From assembly GCA_017882445.1 (NCBI GenBank), contig JADGPK010000009.1, positions 9,309-73,308 on the forward strand: a DNA stretch of 64,000 nt. The letters are read 5' to 3'. The notes beneath the pieces were generated by a model. The model saw only the letters and a program-made list of their open reading frames with translations, did no database searches and was not told the origin of the DNA. The stretch comes from Solirubrobacteraceae bacterium (GTDB lineage: Bacteria > Actinomycetota > Thermoleophilia > Solirubrobacterales > Solirubrobacteraceae). Positions 18,887 through 28,146 of the stretch are shown piece by piece (the stretch's first letter is position 1; each line of letters begins with the position of its first letter). Both the position numbers and the translations under genes were made by a program.

Positions 18887-19987
18887 TCAGCGCGTGGGGG
18901 CGGGTGCGAGCAGCTCGGCGAGCGCGTCGAGGAAGCGCCTGTTCTCCTCGGGCAGACCGTAGGTGACACGCAGAGCCGGCGTGTCGCTGCCGAGCGCGCC
19001 GCCGGCGCGCACGAGCACGCCCCGCTCCTGCAGGCCGCGCATGATCTCGGCCTCGTCGCGGTCCTCCCCGAGGTGTATCCAGCAGAAGTTCGCCTGGGAC
19101 TCCGCCGACTCGACTCCCACGGCGCGCAGCCGCTCATCCACCGAGATACGCTCGGCGACGGTCCGAGTCACGCGTTCGATGACCGCGTCCTGATGGGCCA
19201 ACGACTCGAACGCCGCGGCCTGGGCGAGCGCGTTGCAGAAGAAGGGCTGACGGACCTGATCGAACGCGCGCGGCAGCTCCTCCGAGCCGCACAGCGCGAA
19301 GCCGACCCGCAGCCCACAGAGGCCGTGAACCTTGGAGAAGGTCCGCAGCAGCACGAGGTTGGGACGAGCGTCGAGCAACGCGATCGATGCGTCGGGATCC
19401 TCGAGCAGGTTGAACTCGCAGTAGGCCTCATCGACGATCACGCACACGTGCGCCGGCACCTCGGCGACGAAGGCGGCGATGTCCGCGAGCGGTATCGCGG
19501 TGCTCGTGGGGTTGTTGGGATTGCATACGAGCACGAGCCTGGTGGCGACGGTGATCTCGCGCAGCATCGCCTCCAGGTCGTGGCGCTCGGAGCCGTCCAG
19601 CGCCACCGTGACAGCCCGCGCGCCGGAGGCGGCCGCCAGGTGGGGATACACCGAGAAGGACGGCCATGCGTATACGAGCTCGGCTCCCGGCTCCAAGAGC
19701 GCCTCTCCGGCCGCCAGCAGGATGTCGCACGAGCCGTTGCCGACGGCGATGCGCGAGCTCGGCACCCCGTAGCGCTCGCTCAGGCGCCGGCGCAGCAGCG
19801 AGCTGGACGGGTCAGGGTAGCGGTTGAGCGTAGAGAGGGCTCCGAGGATCGCCTCGCGCACCTCCTGGAGCGGAGGGTATGGCGACTCGTTGCTGGCCAG
19901 GCGCACCAACGGCGCGTCCTGGGCGTAGCCGCCGGCGACGGGATAGGAAGGGATGCGCCGGATGCGTTGGGAGAACTCGATCGTCAT
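18887..19987 (-). CDS. hisC: Histidinol-phosphate/aromatic aminotransferase
   Basis: Class II aminotransferase. Motifs: LASNESPYPP, CNPNNPT, and the PLP-lysine motif RTFSKVHGLCGLRVG. It sits among aromatic amino-acid genes. Confidence 0.85.
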   Translation of the reverse strand: MTIEFSQRIRRIPSYPVAGGYAQDAPLVRLASNESPYPPLQEVREAILGALSTLNRYPDPSSSLLRRRLSERYGVPSSRIAVGNGSCDILLAAGEALLEPGAELVYAWPSFSVYPHLAAASGARAVTVALDGSERHDLEAMLREITVATRLVLVCNPNNPTSTAIPLADIAAFVAEVPAHVCVIVDEAYCEFNLLEDPDASIALLDARPNLVLLRTFSKVHGLCGLRVGFALCGSEELPRAFDQVRQPFFCNALAQAAAFESLAHQDAVIERVTRTVAERISVDERLRAVGVESAESQANFCWIHLGEDRDEAEIMRGLQERGVLVRAGGALGSDTPALRVTYGLPEENRRFLDALAELLAPAPTR

Positions 19988-19991
19988 GGGT

Positions 19992-20363
19992 CTATTGTGC
20001 CTGGGCGGCGGTAAGGTCGGCGCGCAGCGCGCGGGCCTCGCCGAGAAAGACGTGCGCGGGCTTGTGGTCGTCGTCGGCGTGGTAGTGGATCAGCACCCTG
20101 ATGACGCGCGGCATCGAACCCGGGACGGGAATCTCGCGCGCGCACAGCAGCGGGACGGTGTCGAAGCCGATCGCGCGGGCGGCGACCGCGGGGAACTCGG
20201 CATCGAGGTCCTCGGTGACCGTGAAGATGCAGCTCACGACCCGTTCCGGCGTCAGTCCGTTGCGCTGGGCGATCGCCTGCATCAGATCTCTGGTCGCGTC
20301 GAGTATCTCCTGCGCACCGTTGCGCTCGACGCTGATGGCGCCCCGCAGGGCGAACAGTCGCAT
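19992..20363 (-). CDS. aroH: Chorismate mutase, AroH class
   Basis: 123 aa. MRLFALRGAISVERN...FPAVAAR...CAREI...IRVL matches the B. subtilis AroH-type monofunctional chorismate mutase pattern. Confidence 0.85.
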   Translation of the reverse strand: MRLFALRGAISVERNGAQEILDATRDLMQAIAQRNGLTPERVVSCIFTVTEDLDAEFPAVAARAIGFDTVPLLCAREIPVPGSMPRVIRVLIHYHADDDHKPAHVFLGEARALRADLTAAQAQ

Positions 20364-20377
20364 GGGCCGCGATTCTG

Positions 20378-21079
20378 TCAGAGCGAGAGCGCTCGGAGGC
20401 GCTCGACCTCGACCTGGCGCAGCCGCCGGTGGGCGCCCGGCTCGAGGTCTCCGAGCGACAGCGGGCCGAAGCGTGTCCGCACCAGCTCGAGCACCGGGTG
20501 ACCGACCGCCTCACACATGCGCCGCACCTGACGGTTGCGCCCCTCGTGGATCGTCAGCTCGATCTCATCGTCACCCACGCAGCGAACCCGGGCAGGCGCT
20601 GTCGGGCCGTCCTCGAGCTCCACGCCCTCACGCAGCGCGCTCAGCTCCGCCCGTGAGATCGGTCCGCCGCCGAGCCTGGCCCGATAGGTCTTGGGCACCT
20701 CGTAGCGCGGATGCATCAGCCGGTTGGCGAGCTCGCCGTCGTTGGTGAGCAGGATCAGGCCGCTGCTATCGAGGTCCAGGCGCCCGACCGGGTACAGACG
20801 CAGGCCTTCAGCGGAAACGAGATCGAGGACCGTCGGGCGCCCGTGGGTGTCCCGGGCGCTCGAGACCACACCGACGGGCTTGTGCAGCGCAAGCAGCACG
20901 CGCGGCTCCGAGCCGGCCAGCGTCCGCCCGTCGAGAGCCACCCTTGAGTGCTCGCTCACGTCACGGGCGGGATCGGTGACGAGTTGCCCGTCGACGGTCA
21001 CGCGTCCGGCCGCGATCAGCGTCTCGGCCGAGCGCCGGGAGGCGACGCCCGCGTGCGCGAGGTACTTGGCTAGGCGCAT
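20378..21079 (-). CDS. rluB: Pseudouridine synthase, RsuA/RluB family
   Basis: S4 domain (MRLAKYLAHAGVASRR), catalytic GRLDLDSSGLILLTNDG, and PKTYRA. The start is at the internal ATG at 21079; an alternative lies 13 codons upstream. Confidence 0.85.
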   Translation of the reverse strand: MRLAKYLAHAGVASRRSAETLIAAGRVTVDGQLVTDPARDVSEHSRVALDGRTLAGSEPRVLLALHKPVGVVSSARDTHGRPTVLDLVSAEGLRLYPVGRLDLDSSGLILLTNDGELANRLMHPRYEVPKTYRARLGGGPISRAELSALREGVELEDGPTAPARVRCVGDDEIELTIHEGRNRQVRRMCEAVGHPVLELVRTRFGPLSLGDLEPGAHRRLRQVEVERLRALSL

Positions 21080-21155
21080 CGTCGCTGTCCGGTGGCGAGG
21101 CTCATCTGCTGCAACCATAGGAGGCCCGAACCGCCGCAGGCGGGCCGGATCGACA

Positions 21156-22196
21156 ATGGACCTCCTCAAGCTCGACCAGACACTCGCCGATCGCGGTGAG
21201 CCAGGCTTTCGTGCCTGCCAGGTGTGGGCATGGGCGGCGCGCGGCGCGCGCTCGTATGAGGACATGACGGACATCTCCACAGAGCTGCGCGACGTGCTGG
21301 CTCGCGAGCTGCCCTTCTCCAGCCTCAGCCTGCAGGAGGAGGCGCACTCGGACGACGGGACGCTCAAGGCCCTGTTCGCCACCGCCGACGGTCGGCCGCT
21401 CGAGGCGGTCCTGATGCGCTTCCGCGATGGACGGCGCTCGATCTGCGTCTCCTCGCAGTCGGGCTGCCCTCTGACATGCAAGTTCTGCGCGACCGGAGCG
21501 ATGAAGTTCGCCCGCAACCTGAGCGCCTCGGAGATACTCGATCAGGCCCTGCACTTCCGCCGCGTCGAGCCGATCGACCATTGCGTGTTCATGGGCATGG
21601 GCGAGCCGATGCTCAACCTCGACGCGGTCCTCGCGGCCTGCGAACGCCTGCCGGACCTCGGCGTGACCCACCGGCGCACGACGATCTCGACCGTGGGCTG
21701 GATACCGGGCATCGAACAGCTGGCCGAGTCTGAGATGCCGATCCGCCTGGCGCTGTCGCTGCACGCGGCCGAGGAAGCGCTGCGATCGGAGCTGATGCCA
21801 GTCAACGAACGCTTCCCGCTGACGGATGTGATCGAGGCCTGCCGCGCGTTCTATGCGCGCAAGCGAAGACGCGTGTTCATCGAGTACGTGATGCTCGCGG
21901 GGGTCAACGACCGCTACGAGCAGGCCCTGGCGCTGGCCCATCTGCTGTCGGGACCGGGGGCAGGCGGACGTTCGCGGTCGGCCGAGCCGATCTTCAAGGT
22001 CAACCTGATCCCCTACAACCCGACCGGCTCACCCTACGAGGGCTCGACCCGAGAGTCGATCGCCGCCTTCCGCGCCGCGCTCGAGGCGCAGGGCGTTCCC
22101 GTGACCGTCCGCCTCACCCGCGGCCGCGACATAGCCGCCGCCTGCGGCCAGCTCGCCGCGAGCGTCCAGGACCAGCGTTCGACCCTCAGCTCCTAG
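21156..22196 (+). CDS. rlmN: 23S rRNA/tRNA (adenine-C2)-methyltransferase RlmN (radical SAM)
   Basis: Radical-SAM CPLTCKFCATG, GMGEP and the C-terminal AACGQL motif. ATG at 21156 inside ORF 20724..22196. Confidence 0.92.
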   Translation: MDLLKLDQTLADRGEPGFRACQVWAWAARGARSYEDMTDISTELRDVLARELPFSSLSLQEEAHSDDGTLKALFATADGRPLEAVLMRFRDGRRSICVSSQSGCPLTCKFCATGAMKFARNLSASEILDQALHFRRVEPIDHCVFMGMGEPMLNLDAVLAACERLPDLGVTHRRTTISTVGWIPGIEQLAESEMPIRLALSLHAAEEALRSELMPVNERFPLTDVIEACRAFYARKRRRVFIEYVMLAGVNDRYEQALALAHLLSGPGAGGRSRSAEPIFKVNLIPYNPTGSPYEGSTRESIAAFRAALEAQGVPVTVRLTRGRDIAAACGQLAASVQDQRSTLSS

Positions 22197-22329
22197 GAGG
22201 ACGTGGGCCAAGCAGGGGTAGGACGCAGGGAGCGTGGCGTACCGATCGATCGAAGCTCGGAGGGAGCTCCGATCGGCCAGCACGCGAGCGACCGAGGACA
22301 CCCCCCTGCGCCGGCCCACGTCCTCCTAG
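22193..22329. terminator. 17-bp perfect inverted repeat enclosing both stop codons of convergent rlmN and scpB, with an inner hairpin; candidate bidirectional terminator
   Basis: CTAGGAGGACGTGGGCC (22193-22209) pairs with GGCCCACGTCCTCCTAG (22313-22329). The inner hairpin spans 22242-22276. There is no U tract. Confidence 0.35.
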
Positions 22330-22955
22330 CTCGCGCGGGCCTCGCCGGCGCGCAAGAGTCGCTCGCGCAGCTCGGCCTGCTCATCGGGGCTCGCGTCCCA
22401 GCGGGCGACGTCGGGCAGCTCCTCGAGGCTGCGCAGCCCGAACAGCTTCAGGAAGTGGCTGTTCGTGCGGTAGAGCACCGCCCCGAACTGCGAGCTTCCG
22501 GCCTCTTCGATCAGGCCACGCTCGAGCAGCGTGGCGGTCGCAGAGTCGGCGCTCACGCCACGGATGCGCGTGATCTCCGGACGCGATACCGGCTGCATGT
22601 AGGCGACGATCGCGAGCGTCTCGGCCTGCGCGGGCGTGAGGGTGGAGGCTCGCGGGCGGCTCAACAGCCGTCTGGCGGCGTCCTCGGTGGAGGGGTCGCT
22701 CGCGAGCGTCCAGCCGCCGCCCAGCTCGCGCAGGCGCAGACCACGGCGTCCGGGGGCGTACTGCTCGGCGAGCACCGCCAGCGCGGCGAGCACCGCCCCC
22801 TCCCCCGCCTCGGTCGCGTCGGCGAGCTCGGCAGGGCTCAGGGGATCCGCTGAGAGGAACAGAAGGGCCTCGACGGTGCGCGCGAGAGACGGAAGCTCCG
22901 CCTCGTGCTCGACGGCGGCGCCGGAGGGCTTCCTGGCGTCTGCTGCGTCGCTCAC
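22326..22955 (-). CDS. scpB: Segregation and condensation protein B
   Basis: VEALLFLSADPLS, the LAIVAYMQPVSRPEITRIRGV winged-helix motif, and FLKLFGL. GTG start in a GTGA overlap with the scpA stop. Confidence 0.9.
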   Translation of the reverse strand: MSDAADARKPSGAAVEHEAELPSLARTVEALLFLSADPLSPAELADATEAGEGAVLAALAVLAEQYAPGRRGLRLRELGGGWTLASDPSTEDAARRLLSRPRASTLTPAQAETLAIVAYMQPVSRPEITRIRGVSADSATATLLERGLIEEAGSSQFGAVLYRTNSHFLKLFGLRSLEELPDVARWDASPDEQAELRERLLRAGEARAS

Positions 22956-23734
22956 CCCGCCGGTCCCCCGGACCCTCCCCCGGCCAGCGCGAGCGCCGGC
23001 GCGGGCGCCTGGCGGGAGAGACCGCGGACGGAGATCTCGCCGAAGCACTCCTGCTGCGCCCACCCGGCCTCGCCGCGTTTGTAGAGCTCGAGCAGCGCAA
23101 AGAGGGTCACCGCGACGGTCATGCGATCGGCGCCGCGCACGGCGTCATCGAAGCTGAAGCAGCCGCGGCGCAACAGACCCCGCAGGTACTCCAGCCGCTC
23201 GGCGACCGACACCCTGGGCATCGCTATGTGGCGCACGTTGATCGACGGCGGCACCAGCAGCAGCCGGCCGATCGCCTCGCCGAGCACGTCCGGGTTCTGT
23301 GAGCCGTCGGCCTGCAGGACGATCGAGCGGCGCAGGTTCGCAGGCAGCGGCGCCGCGCGGAAGCGGACGCCGTGCTCGCCGGCGAGCAGGTCAGCGAGAT
23401 GCGCGGACGCGGCTCGGTAGCGGCGGGCGTCGAGCATGCGTGCGAGCAGCTCCTCGGCGGCCTGCTCGGGCTCGATGTCGAGCAGCTGCTCCTCTTCGCC
23501 GGTCAGCATCAGCCTCGACTTGAGCTCCAAGAGCGCCGCTATCAACACGATGAACTCGGTGGACGTCTCGAGGTCGAGCTCGCCGCGCCGCTCGAGATGG
23601 TCGAGGTAGGCGAGCACGACGTCGGCGAGCGCCAGCTCGAGCAGGTCGACCTCTTCGCGCAGCACCAGCGTGAGCAGCAGGTCGAACGGACCGCTGAACA
23701 CGTCCAGATCGAGCTCGAGCGCGGCGAGGCTCAC
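22952..23734 (-). CDS. scpA: Segregation and condensation protein A
   Basis: FSGPFDLLLTLV...ELALADVV...TEFIVLIAALLELKSRLML. It lies immediately upstream of scpB. Confidence 0.9.
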   Translation of the reverse strand: MSLAALELDLDVFSGPFDLLLTLVLREEVDLLELALADVVLAYLDHLERRGELDLETSTEFIVLIAALLELKSRLMLTGEEEQLLDIEPEQAAEELLARMLDARRYRAASAHLADLLAGEHGVRFRAAPLPANLRRSIVLQADGSQNPDVLGEAIGRLLLVPPSINVRHIAMPRVSVAERLEYLRGLLRRGCFSFDDAVRGADRMTVAVTLFALLELYKRGEAGWAQQECFGEISVRGLSRQAPAPALALAGGGSGGPAG

Positions 23735-23768
23735 GGCTTCACCGGAGCGCTGCTCGTCGATACGGCGA

Positions 23769-24812
23769 TCATCCGTTCACCGTATCGGCCGCTCCCGACG
23801 TGCTCGGAGCGCTCGCGGCGTCCAGCGGGCCGACACCCATGCGCGTGCGTACGTCAAGCAGCGTCGAGGAGGCGATCGCACCGGCCCTGAGCGCTCCCTG
23901 CTGGAGGATCGACTCGAGCGCGGCATCGTCGGCGCGAAGCTCTTCATAGCGCTCTCGCGCCGGCGCGAGGTAAGCGACGACGGCCGCCGCCACGGCCGCC
24001 TTGAAGTCTCCGTAGCGGGCGTCTGAGAACTCGGATTCGATCACCGTGCGCTCGACGCCGCGAACGGCGGCGAGTATTTCGATCAGGTTGCTGATCCCCT
24101 GCTTGTCAGGGGCGCTGCGCACCTCGCTGCCGGAGTCGGTGACGGCGCTCTTGAGCTTCTTCTCGATCTCCCTCGGCTCGTCGAGCACGTACACGGTGCC
24201 CTGAGCGCTGCCGCCGGTCGTGGACATCTTGCGCGCGGGGTCCTGCAGATCCATGATCCGGGCACCGACGGACGGGATGCGGTGCTCGGGGACCACCAGG
24301 ACCTCCTCGCCGCCGCCGAAGCGCGTGTTGAAGCGGCGCGCGACGTCGCGCATCAGCTCGAGGTGCTCGCGCTGGTCCTCCCCGACGGGCACCTCGTCGG
24401 CCCGGTAGGCGAGCACGTCGGCTGCCTGGAGCACCGGGTAGAGAAGGAGCCCCGCGGAGACCAGCTCGCGCTGGGCGATCGACTTGTCGCGGAACTGGTG
24501 CATCCGCTGCAGGCGGCCCAGCTCTGTGACGCTACAGAGCAGCCACGTGAGCTCTGTGTGCTCGGGTACGTCTGACTGGCGGAAGAGGATGCAGCGTTCG
24601 GGGTCAAGGCCTGCCGCGAGCAGGATCGCGGTCGTGTCGTAGAGCCGCTCGCGCAGCTCCGCGGGGTCGTAGGCGACCGTGATCGCGTGCAGGTCGACGA
24701 TGCAGAAGATGCCCTCGCCGCGCTCCTGACTGGAGATGTACTGGGCGATCGCGCCGATGTAGTTGCCGAGGTGCTTGCGACCGGTCGGCTGGATGCCCGA
24801 GAAGATGCGCAC
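23769..24812 (-). CDS. trpS: Tryptophan--tRNA ligase
   Basis: FSGIQPTGRKHLGNYIGA (HIGH-type motif) and KMSTTG (KMSKS-type motif). GTG start. Confidence 0.95.
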   Translation of the reverse strand: MRIFSGIQPTGRKHLGNYIGAIAQYISSQERGEGIFCIVDLHAITVAYDPAELRERLYDTTAILLAAGLDPERCILFRQSDVPEHTELTWLLCSVTELGRLQRMHQFRDKSIAQRELVSAGLLLYPVLQAADVLAYRADEVPVGEDQREHLELMRDVARRFNTRFGGGEEVLVVPEHRIPSVGARIMDLQDPARKMSTTGGSAQGTVYVLDEPREIEKKLKSAVTDSGSEVRSAPDKQGISNLIEILAAVRGVERTVIESEFSDARYGDFKAAVAAAVVAYLAPARERYEELRADDAALESILQQGALRAGAIASSTLLDVRTRMGVGPLDAASAPSTSGAADTVNG

Positions 24813-24824
24813 CGGGACAGACCG

Positions 24825-26315
24825 CTATAGAGCCTGGCGGATGACCGGGCGCTTGGCCGCCGCGACCTCGTCCAGCCGGCGCACCGGTGTGGTGTAGGGC
24901 GCCCCGCGGGCGATCTCGGGGTCCTCGGCGGCCTCTGAGAGGATCGCGGCGATGGCCTCAGCGAAGGAGTCCAGCGTCTCCTTGGTCTCGGTCTCGGTCG
25001 GCTCGACCATCAGCGCCTCCTCCACGAGCAGAGGGAAGTACACGGTGGGCGGATGGAAGCCGAAGTCGAGCAGCCGCTTGGCGAGATCGAGTGTCTTGAT
25101 CTGCAGGGCCTGCTTCATCGGCCCGCCGGACAGGACGAACTCGTGCATGCACAGCTCGCCGTAGGCGAGCGGCAGATACTCGGCCACGCCGCGCTGCTTC
25201 AAGCGCGCGAGCAGGTAGTTGGCGTTCAGCACGGCCGTCTCGGAGGCGTCCCTCAGCCCGTCGGCGCCGAGCGAGCAGATGTAGGCATAGGCGCGCACGA
25301 AGCAGCCGTAATTGCCGTGGAACCCGCGCAGCCTGCCGATCGACTTCGGCCGCTCGTGATCCAGGTCGAACGCACCGTCCTTCAGGCGCACGACCACCGG
25401 CACGGGCAGGAACGGGGCGACTCGCTCGGAGACCGCGATCGGACCCGACCCGGGTCCGCCTCCGCCGTGCGGCTGGGTGAAGGACTTGTGCAGGTTGAAG
25501 TGCACGATGTCGAATCCCATGTCGCCGGGCCGCGAGAGACCCATGACGGCGTTGAGGTTGGCGCCGTCGTAGTACAGCGTCGCGCCCACCGCGTGGACGA
25601 TCTCGGCGATCTCCGCGATGTTGGGGTCGAACAGGCCGAGCGTGTTGGGGTTCGTGAGCATCAGGCAGGCGACGTCGCCGTCGGCCTTGGCGCGCAGGTC
25701 CTCCACGTCGACGCCACCGTCCTGGTTGGTCGCCACCTTGATGACGTCCAGCCCCGCCATCGTGACCGTCGCGGGGTTGGTTCCGTGGGCGGTGTCGGGG
25801 GTCAGCACCTTGTGACGTGTCTCGCCCCGGTCCTCGTGATAGGCACGCGTGAGCAGAACGCCCGCGAGCTCGCCATGCGAGCCGGCGGACGGCTGCAGCG
25901 AGACGTTGGGCAGGCCGGAGATCTCGGCGAGGGCGCCCTGCAGGTTCCACATCAGCTCGAGCGCGCCCTGCGCGCGCTCGGGGTCCTGCAGCGGGTGGAG
26001 CCGCGCGTGGCCGGGGAGCGCCGCCGTGCGCTCGTGCAGGCGCGGGTTGTGCTTCATAGTGCACGACCCGAGCGGGTAGAAGCCGGAGTCCAGGTCGAAG
26101 TTGCGCTTGGAGAGCCCGACATAGTGGCGCACGATCTCCGGCTCTGAGAGCTCGGGCAGCCGCGGCTCCTGTGCGCGGCGGAAGCCCGCCGGCAGGAGCG
26201 TCTCTGGGTCGACCTCGGGGACTTCGGGCGCAGGGCAGACGAACGCGCGGCGTCCGGGAGCGCCCTTCTGGAAGATCGTCGTTGCACGGTCGCGCTGGAG
26301 CGGCGTGGTGCTCAT
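24825..26315 (-). CDS. gcvPB: Glycine dehydrogenase (decarboxylating) subunit 2
   Basis: FYPLGSCTMKHNP and the PLP site HFNLHKSFTQPHGGGGPG. The start is at M211 of ORF 24825..26945, in an ATGA overlap with the gcvPA stop. Confidence 0.95.
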   Translation of the reverse strand: MSTTPLQRDRATTIFQKGAPGRRAFVCPAPEVPEVDPETLLPAGFRRAQEPRLPELSEPEIVRHYVGLSKRNFDLDSGFYPLGSCTMKHNPRLHERTAALPGHARLHPLQDPERAQGALELMWNLQGALAEISGLPNVSLQPSAGSHGELAGVLLTRAYHEDRGETRHKVLTPDTAHGTNPATVTMAGLDVIKVATNQDGGVDVEDLRAKADGDVACLMLTNPNTLGLFDPNIAEIAEIVHAVGATLYYDGANLNAVMGLSRPGDMGFDIVHFNLHKSFTQPHGGGGPGSGPIAVSERVAPFLPVPVVVRLKDGAFDLDHERPKSIGRLRGFHGNYGCFVRAYAYICSLGADGLRDASETAVLNANYLLARLKQRGVAEYLPLAYGELCMHEFVLSGGPMKQALQIKTLDLAKRLLDFGFHPPTVYFPLLVEEALMVEPTETETKETLDSFAEAIAAILSEAAEDPEIARGAPYTTPVRRLDEVAAAKRPVIRQAL

Positions 26316-27724
26316 ACGGTCACGGCCTCGGTCGCGGCGCTGTCGCGCTCGGCGGCCATGGCGAGCGCGAGCACGGCGGCGAGGCGGTCGATGTCGGCCC
26401 GCGTGCGCCGCTCGGTGATCGCCACGAGCAGCCCGCCTCGGTCTGCCTCGCGGCCGCTGAGCGCGTGGAGATCGACGCCCGGGTTGACCCCCTCGCTCGC
26501 GCAGCGCCGCTTGACGGCGGCCACGTCGACGTCCAGGCGCACGGCGAACTCTCGGATCACCGGCCGGTCGTGAAGCGGCTCGACGCCTGTGAGCAGCGCG
26601 AGCGTCTCGCGTGCGTAGTGCGTGCGTGCGAGCAAGAGCTCGCCGAGCTCGACGAAGCCGCGGCGGCCGAGCCAGGCCAGGTAGACGACCCCGGCGAGCG
26701 CGTTGAGCGCCTGCGCGGTGCAGATGTTGGAGGTCGCTTTCTCGCGTCGGATGTGCTGCTCGCGGGTCTGCAGCGTCAGGACGAAGCCGCGCCGTCCGTC
26801 GACGTCGACGGTCTCGCCGGCGATGCGGCCGGGCATGCGCCGCAGGTACTCCTCGCGGGCTGCGAACAGCCCGAACGACGGGCCGCCGAAGTCGAGCCGG
26901 TTGCCGAGCGGCTGGCCCTCGCCGACGGCCACGTCGACCCCGCATTCACCCGGCGAGCGCAGCACTCCGAGCGAGATCGGGTCGACCTGCGCGACGACGA
27001 CCGGAGGCTTGGCGCCGTCGCCAGCGGCCCCCTTGGCGGCGGCGCTCAACGCGGCTGCGTCCTCGACCGCGCCATAGAAGTTGGGCTGGGCGAAGAACGC
27101 CGCGCTGGTGTCGCCGTCTATCGCCGCGGCCCACTCCTCAGGGTCGGTGATCCCGCCGGTGAGCCCCACCTCGACGACGTCCATGCCGTAGCCGTGGGCG
27201 TTGGTGCGCAGCGTCTGCAGCGCGTGCGGGTGCAGCCCGGCGCTCGCCACGAAGCGTCCGCCGCCGTTGTGCAGCTTCGCCAGGTAGCCGGCCGCGGCGA
27301 GCGCGGATGGGCCCTCGTAGGCCGACGCGTTGGAGACGGGCAGGCCGGTGAGCTCGGAGATCGCGGTCTGGTACTCGAACATCACCTGCAGGCCACCCTG
27401 GGAGATCTCCGGCTGGTAGGGCGTGTAGGGGGTGAGGAACTCCGAGCGCTCGGTGAGCATGTCGATCAGGGCGGGAACGTAGTGGTCATACATCCCCGCG
27501 CCGAGAAAGCTCAGCTCGTCCTCGGTGCTGGTGTTGCGCTCGGCGAGTGCGCGTAGATGCTCATAGACATCCTGCTCTCCCAGCCCGTGCGGCAGATCGA
27601 GCTCACGGCCCAGGCGGACGGCCTGCGGGATCTGGCGGTCGAAGATCTCCTGCACGGAGCCCACGCCGATCACCGCGAGCATCGCGTCGAGATCGGCCGG
27701 GGTGATGGCGGTGTAGCGACTCAA
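26312..27724 (-). CDS. gcvPA: Glycine dehydrogenase (decarboxylating) subunit 1
   Basis: FLGAGMYDHYVPA...YTPYQPEISQGGLQ...EYQT are typical P-protein alpha subunit motifs. TTG start. Confidence 0.95.
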   Translation of the reverse strand: MSRYTAITPADLDAMLAVIGVGSVQEIFDRQIPQAVRLGRELDLPHGLGEQDVYEHLRALAERNTSTEDELSFLGAGMYDHYVPALIDMLTERSEFLTPYTPYQPEISQGGLQVMFEYQTAISELTGLPVSNASAYEGPSALAAAGYLAKLHNGGGRFVASAGLHPHALQTLRTNAHGYGMDVVEVGLTGGITDPEEWAAAIDGDTSAAFFAQPNFYGAVEDAAALSAAAKGAAGDGAKPPVVVAQVDPISLGVLRSPGECGVDVAVGEGQPLGNRLDFGGPSFGLFAAREEYLRRMPGRIAGETVDVDGRRGFVLTLQTREQHIRREKATSNICTAQALNALAGVVYLAWLGRRGFVELGELLLARTHYARETLALLTGVEPLHDRPVIREFAVRLDVDVAAVKRRCASEGVNPGVDLHALSGREADRGGLLVAITERRTRADIDRLAAVLALAMAAERDSAATEAVTV

Positions 27725-27747
27725 CTACCGGCAGCCTAGAGGATCGC

Positions 27748-28146
27748 CTACCCGCCCAGCCCGGCCTTGTAGGTGGCGGCGTCGAGCAGCGCCTCGCTCT
27801 CGGAGGGATCTGAGAGGCGCACCTTGACCAGCCAGCCCTCGCCGTAGGGATCCTCGTTGATCATGGCCGGGTTCTCGACGAGGGCGTCGTTGACCTCGAC
27901 GATCTCCCCGGAGAGCGGCGCGATCACGTCGGAGACCGCCTTGACGGACTCCACCTCGGCGTAGGAGGCGTCCTTCGTGAGCATCGTGCCGACTGGCGGC
28001 GGATCGAAGAACACGACCTCTCCGAGCGCGTCCTGCGCGTACCAGGTGATGCCCATCGTGGCCTGCTCGGCGTCGCCGGCGTCGATGCGCGCCCAATCGT
28101 GTTCGGGGTGGTAGAGCAGGTCATCGGGGTAGCTGGCCTGGGCCAT
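27748..28146 (-). CDS. gcvH: Glycine cleavage system H protein
   Basis: Lipoyl-lysine motif VESVKAVSD; length 132 aa. Confidence 0.95.
   Translation of the reverse strand: MAQASYPDDLLYHPEHDWARIDAGDAEQATMGITWYAQDALGEVVFFDPPPVGTMLTKDASYAEVESVKAVSDVIAPLSGEIVEVNDALVENPAMINEDPYGEGWLVKVRLSDPSESEALLDAATYKAGLGG

Noticed and set aside
23758-23787. An 8-bp inverted repeat (CGATACGG/CCGTATCG) enclosing the trpS stop codon.
   Set aside because: The stem is short, the loop is 14 nt, and there is no U tract. It sits in a 34-nt spacer before scpA and is too weak to call a terminator or regulator.
26316-26945. The 210-residue Arg-rich N-terminal extension of the gcvPB ORF. The same applies to similar extensions of the ORFs for trpA, trpC, trpE, der, rpe, rluB, fmt, the SBP gene and ftsL.
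   Set aside because: The extensions run through the upstream gene in another frame. The conserved protein begins at an internal start that forms a 4-nt overlap or a short spacer with the upstream stop.
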